64,000 bases of DNA from Camelus ferus (taxonomy: Eukaryota), in NCBI RefSeq assembly GCF_009834535.1, contig NC_045696.1, forward strand, positions 46,564,001 to 46,628,000, in the 5' to 3' direction. The position numbers were made by a program, and so were the translations under genes. This document shows, in pieces, positions 60,898 through 64,000 of the stretch. The notes under the pieces are model-generated. The model was not told the origin of the DNA, did no database searches, and saw only the letters and a program-made list of their open reading frames with translations. The stretch's first letter is position 1. Every line of letters starts with the position of its first letter.

Positions 60898-62429
60898 TGT
60901 ATTAAATCTGGTGGACTCCTTTCTTAGAAACATGAACTTCAAAATTTTTATATCAAGTTAAGCGTGATGTGGAAAATGTTATGCTAAATACAAAGGCAGC
61001 ATAACACCAACTGCCAAAAGTTGAGTGTGACCTAATTTTAAATGCACTTATTGACTCAACTATTACACCAACAGTAGCTCTCGCCGTTAGCACATGTAGT
61101 ACTTGCAAGGCTATGACTATCTTCTTAAAATAATTCTTAGTGCATATGTGAAAAAACGAAACTAAATTGCACTCCTAAACATTTTTCAATTTGTTCTACT
61201 CAGACCTCACCAAGGCCCTATAAGAAGCTAACAGAGTGTTGAACAAAAATGGAGAATCTGAACAAACAAATGTGTTATTGTCTCTGACATGGGAGCAATA
61301 GAAAACATTTTAGATGAGACAGGCTCATTTCAAATTAATGCCGTCACTAAAGAGCCTATAAAACCTTGATTTAGAATTAAATCTTATGTTGTCGTGTATC
61401 ACACCGGATCAATAAAGACGCAATAAAGCCAAAGTGGTTTGGGAAAAATTTTTTATTTTTTATTGATAAGTCATTGAAACAGAGTACTGAATAGATATCT
61501 TAAAAGGCCCACGGGTGTGTTTCTTTACATACATGTCCTGGGACCGTACATCAGAGATTGCTTTGGGTATAACAAAGATTCCAGCGGAAACTATCCTAGG
61601 GAGGTTTTGAGCAGAAGGCTGAAATGTTCTATTTGGCCTATCGCCATCCCTGTCTGGGACTCCAGGGTGACAGGTTGTAATTTCATACAGTAGGCATGTA
61701 GGCTGAATGGAATGCCTGAAGATCAAGATGATTAAAAATATGGATGAGGGGAACTTTCAAATATTAAATGGTGTTTGAAATTTGAAGAATGTTTTTAGAA
61801 AACTAAAACAAAAACCTAAAATGAGTAGCTCTGTCTCTTGTGAAGGCTTTACTTCCACTTGCGGTTCCAGAAGGGTCCCTTCAGATGGAACATAGTAGTT
61901 AATGTTTGCACAGCACTTAGTTTTCAAAGCACCTCTGCATATATTACTCATAGGATCCAGGCTTAACAAACAAACAAAAAAGATTACTTCTTGGAAAAAC
62001 TATCCCAAGAAAGAGAATTAGGAAGTAATTTGGCTACTCTTGTTCACTGATGTTAATCCACGAACTACGGATGTTTGGTATGAGCTGAACTGGACGTCCA
62101 GGGGAAGCCACAAGCTTGGCAGGAAGTCACAGGCATTTGGAGGCAAAGTACGGGCAGGAGCCTCCTGCCCTGGGAGAGGCTGTCCAGGGATGCTCAGCTG
62201 CAGAGCTGGTTGGATCTGGAGGCTGCAGATGAGCCGGTCCAAGTGTCATCCACCAGAAAGGAGTCTAAAGCTAGATAGATCAAAGTGGACACTTGAGAGA
62301 GTTTCAATATCAAGGACAGTGTAGCCAGAAATGAGTCAAGATAAAGAAAACAAAACCAAAACAAATAAAAAAGCAAAATAAAACTAGAGGATTGAGAGAA
62401 GGAGGGAATGTACGGGAAGGGCACAGAGG

Positions 62430-62636
62430 GCGTGGGCCCAGAGAACTCCCGCGCACCGGTGGCCGGACCAGGTGCACGGCTTCCCCCGGCGCCCCCACCT
62501 CCTGCCGCCGCGGCGGTCCCCCGACGTCACGCGCGGCATCCTCCTCCGCTCGGAGGAGTCGACGTCACACTTTAAAGCCTGCACTTTTCCACAGGTCTGT
62601 CTTGATTTTAGGAGTGAAATTACGCCTTGGGTAAGT
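62430..62636 (+). promoter_or_regulatory. Small CpG-rich element with two CGTCA (CRE half-site) motifs and a downstream splice donor; candidate promoter/enhancer
   Basis: Dense CpGs over about 140 bp; cgacgtcac at 62522 and 62560; TGG|gtaagt at 62630/62631. Confidence 0.4.
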
Positions 62637-64000
62637 TCCTTTTCAGCAGCAATCAGTTGCATGCTTTAATTTTTTTTAACCAAAATAATAAGCTATCTTC
62701 CCAGATTATCTGAATATACTTAAGTCATATCAAGTCATAAAATTAAGACTTTTTTTTCCCATAGGTTTTCTGGGGTGGGAAGATATAACTAGGTCAATCT
62801 GTATTCTTGCCCCTTGCTGAAGCATATAAAAAGGAGCCCACACAGTTCTGAAAGCACATTTTTAATCCTCCTCATTACTAAACTAGAAAGGGTATCAGTT
62901 CCCTTGTTCCCACACGTACAATAGTGAGTCCCGGCAGGAGCCCTTATCATCCTCCTTCCTTTGCATTAAAGAAGCTTACCCCTCCGATCCTCTCCACGTG
63001 ACTCGCTCCAAGTTTCACGCCTGGAAGAAAGGATGCTGCTGCTTCCTATTTCTAAGACCCGTTCCTTTCACTTTCTGACTCACATTTGTTATCTCCCTTG
63101 TCACAGAAGCTGATTCAACAAACACATATTCAGTTATCCCTCCCTCTTCATCTCATGCAGTAGCAGGAGCAGAGACCAGGTGAGCGTGGCATTGAAACCT
63201 GGGCGCTGAAATGCCCTTGCATGCGGTTTACAGAGCCCAGTGAGTACTCCCGCACCGGTATGTTCCCTGCAGCTACATCTTGGTAGTTGAGTAGTCTGTG
63301 CTTCTCCAGTGGACGGACTGGCTGGTTCACTGCAGCCTTATCCTCAATGTAGGCGATCTGCTGAGCTCTCTCCTTAAGTGGTACTTGGAGGAATATGCCC
63401 AGAGCTTGTGAAAGCAAGGCCAAATATTAGCATTGGTTGTGTTCATTGACCTAATCGTTTTGCCAGTGGCAGGACTGAGAAGCAGCAGGCAAGGATGGAG
63501 TGGGGAGTGGAAGCATGGGAAGTGAGAGAAGCCCCTGGGGGTGAGGAAGGATGATCTGAAATAACCTGGAAATGGACCAGCTTCTACTGCAGAGCACATG
63601 CTGCTGGGTGGGCCTGGTGGCCAGGTGAGGTTCTCCGAGGCTGGGATGGGGACTGGAGGGTAGTGGAGGCGCAGGATCTGGGCTTGAGGGGCCTGGCCAG
63701 CCCCAGCTGTATAAAGGGAAACCGGCTGTTGCAGTAGAAGCAGACAGCAGCCTGAGGGCTGAGCTGAGCAGAGCCTGCCAATGGGAAGCCGGAACCAGGA
63801 ACCGAATTGGAGCAGGTTCCTCGGAGACGAGGTTGGCAGCCTGTACAGGTGCACAGGGCCATGAGCTTGGTTAACTCTCTGCTTCCATGGTCTTGAAACT
63901 CTTAATACTTTTTTAACAAGGGGCCTGGCATTTTCATTTGTCACTGGACCAGTCTTGAGTTGTGGTATGGGGCCTGGATACCGGAGGGGAGTTTCTTCTT

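Noticed and set aside
63327..63944. 205-aa minus-strand ORF
   Set aside because: Non-ATG start, low-complexity Pro/Ser/Leu composition, no recognisable domain; expected by chance in GC-richer DNA.

Overview
Mammalian genomic DNA. A tRNA-Ala-derived SINE resembling camelid Vic-1 suggests a camel or alpaca relative (inference). The window holds the 3' half of BBX (bobby sox homolog, HMG-box transcription factor) on the + strand. Eight GT-AG coding exons (5910-6918, 7920-8058, 11159-11307, 21306-21395, 22754-22813, 30232-30429, 32446-32623, 36800-36887) join in frame to 1911 nt, i.e. 636 aa plus TGA. The HMG box lies upstream of the window. A ~5.7 kb 3'UTR ends near tandem AATAAA signals at ~42.6 kb, followed by ~21 kb of intergenic DNA. 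Interspersed repeats include L1, L2, CR1/L3, MIR, solo LTRs, Tigger/MER DNA elements, one SINE and a GGAA microsatellite. Most other ORFs in the track are noise. I found no convincing new multi-gene system. The best leads are regulatory or motif-level: a Capicua-like FExxFxxLPxYxP motif, in-frame cassette exons with candidate poison micro-exons, clustered miR-18/miR-19 sites, one CpG-rich exon, and an orphan CpG/palindrome element with a strong splice donor at ~62.5 kb. Repeat family names and human comparisons are from recall, not database searches.
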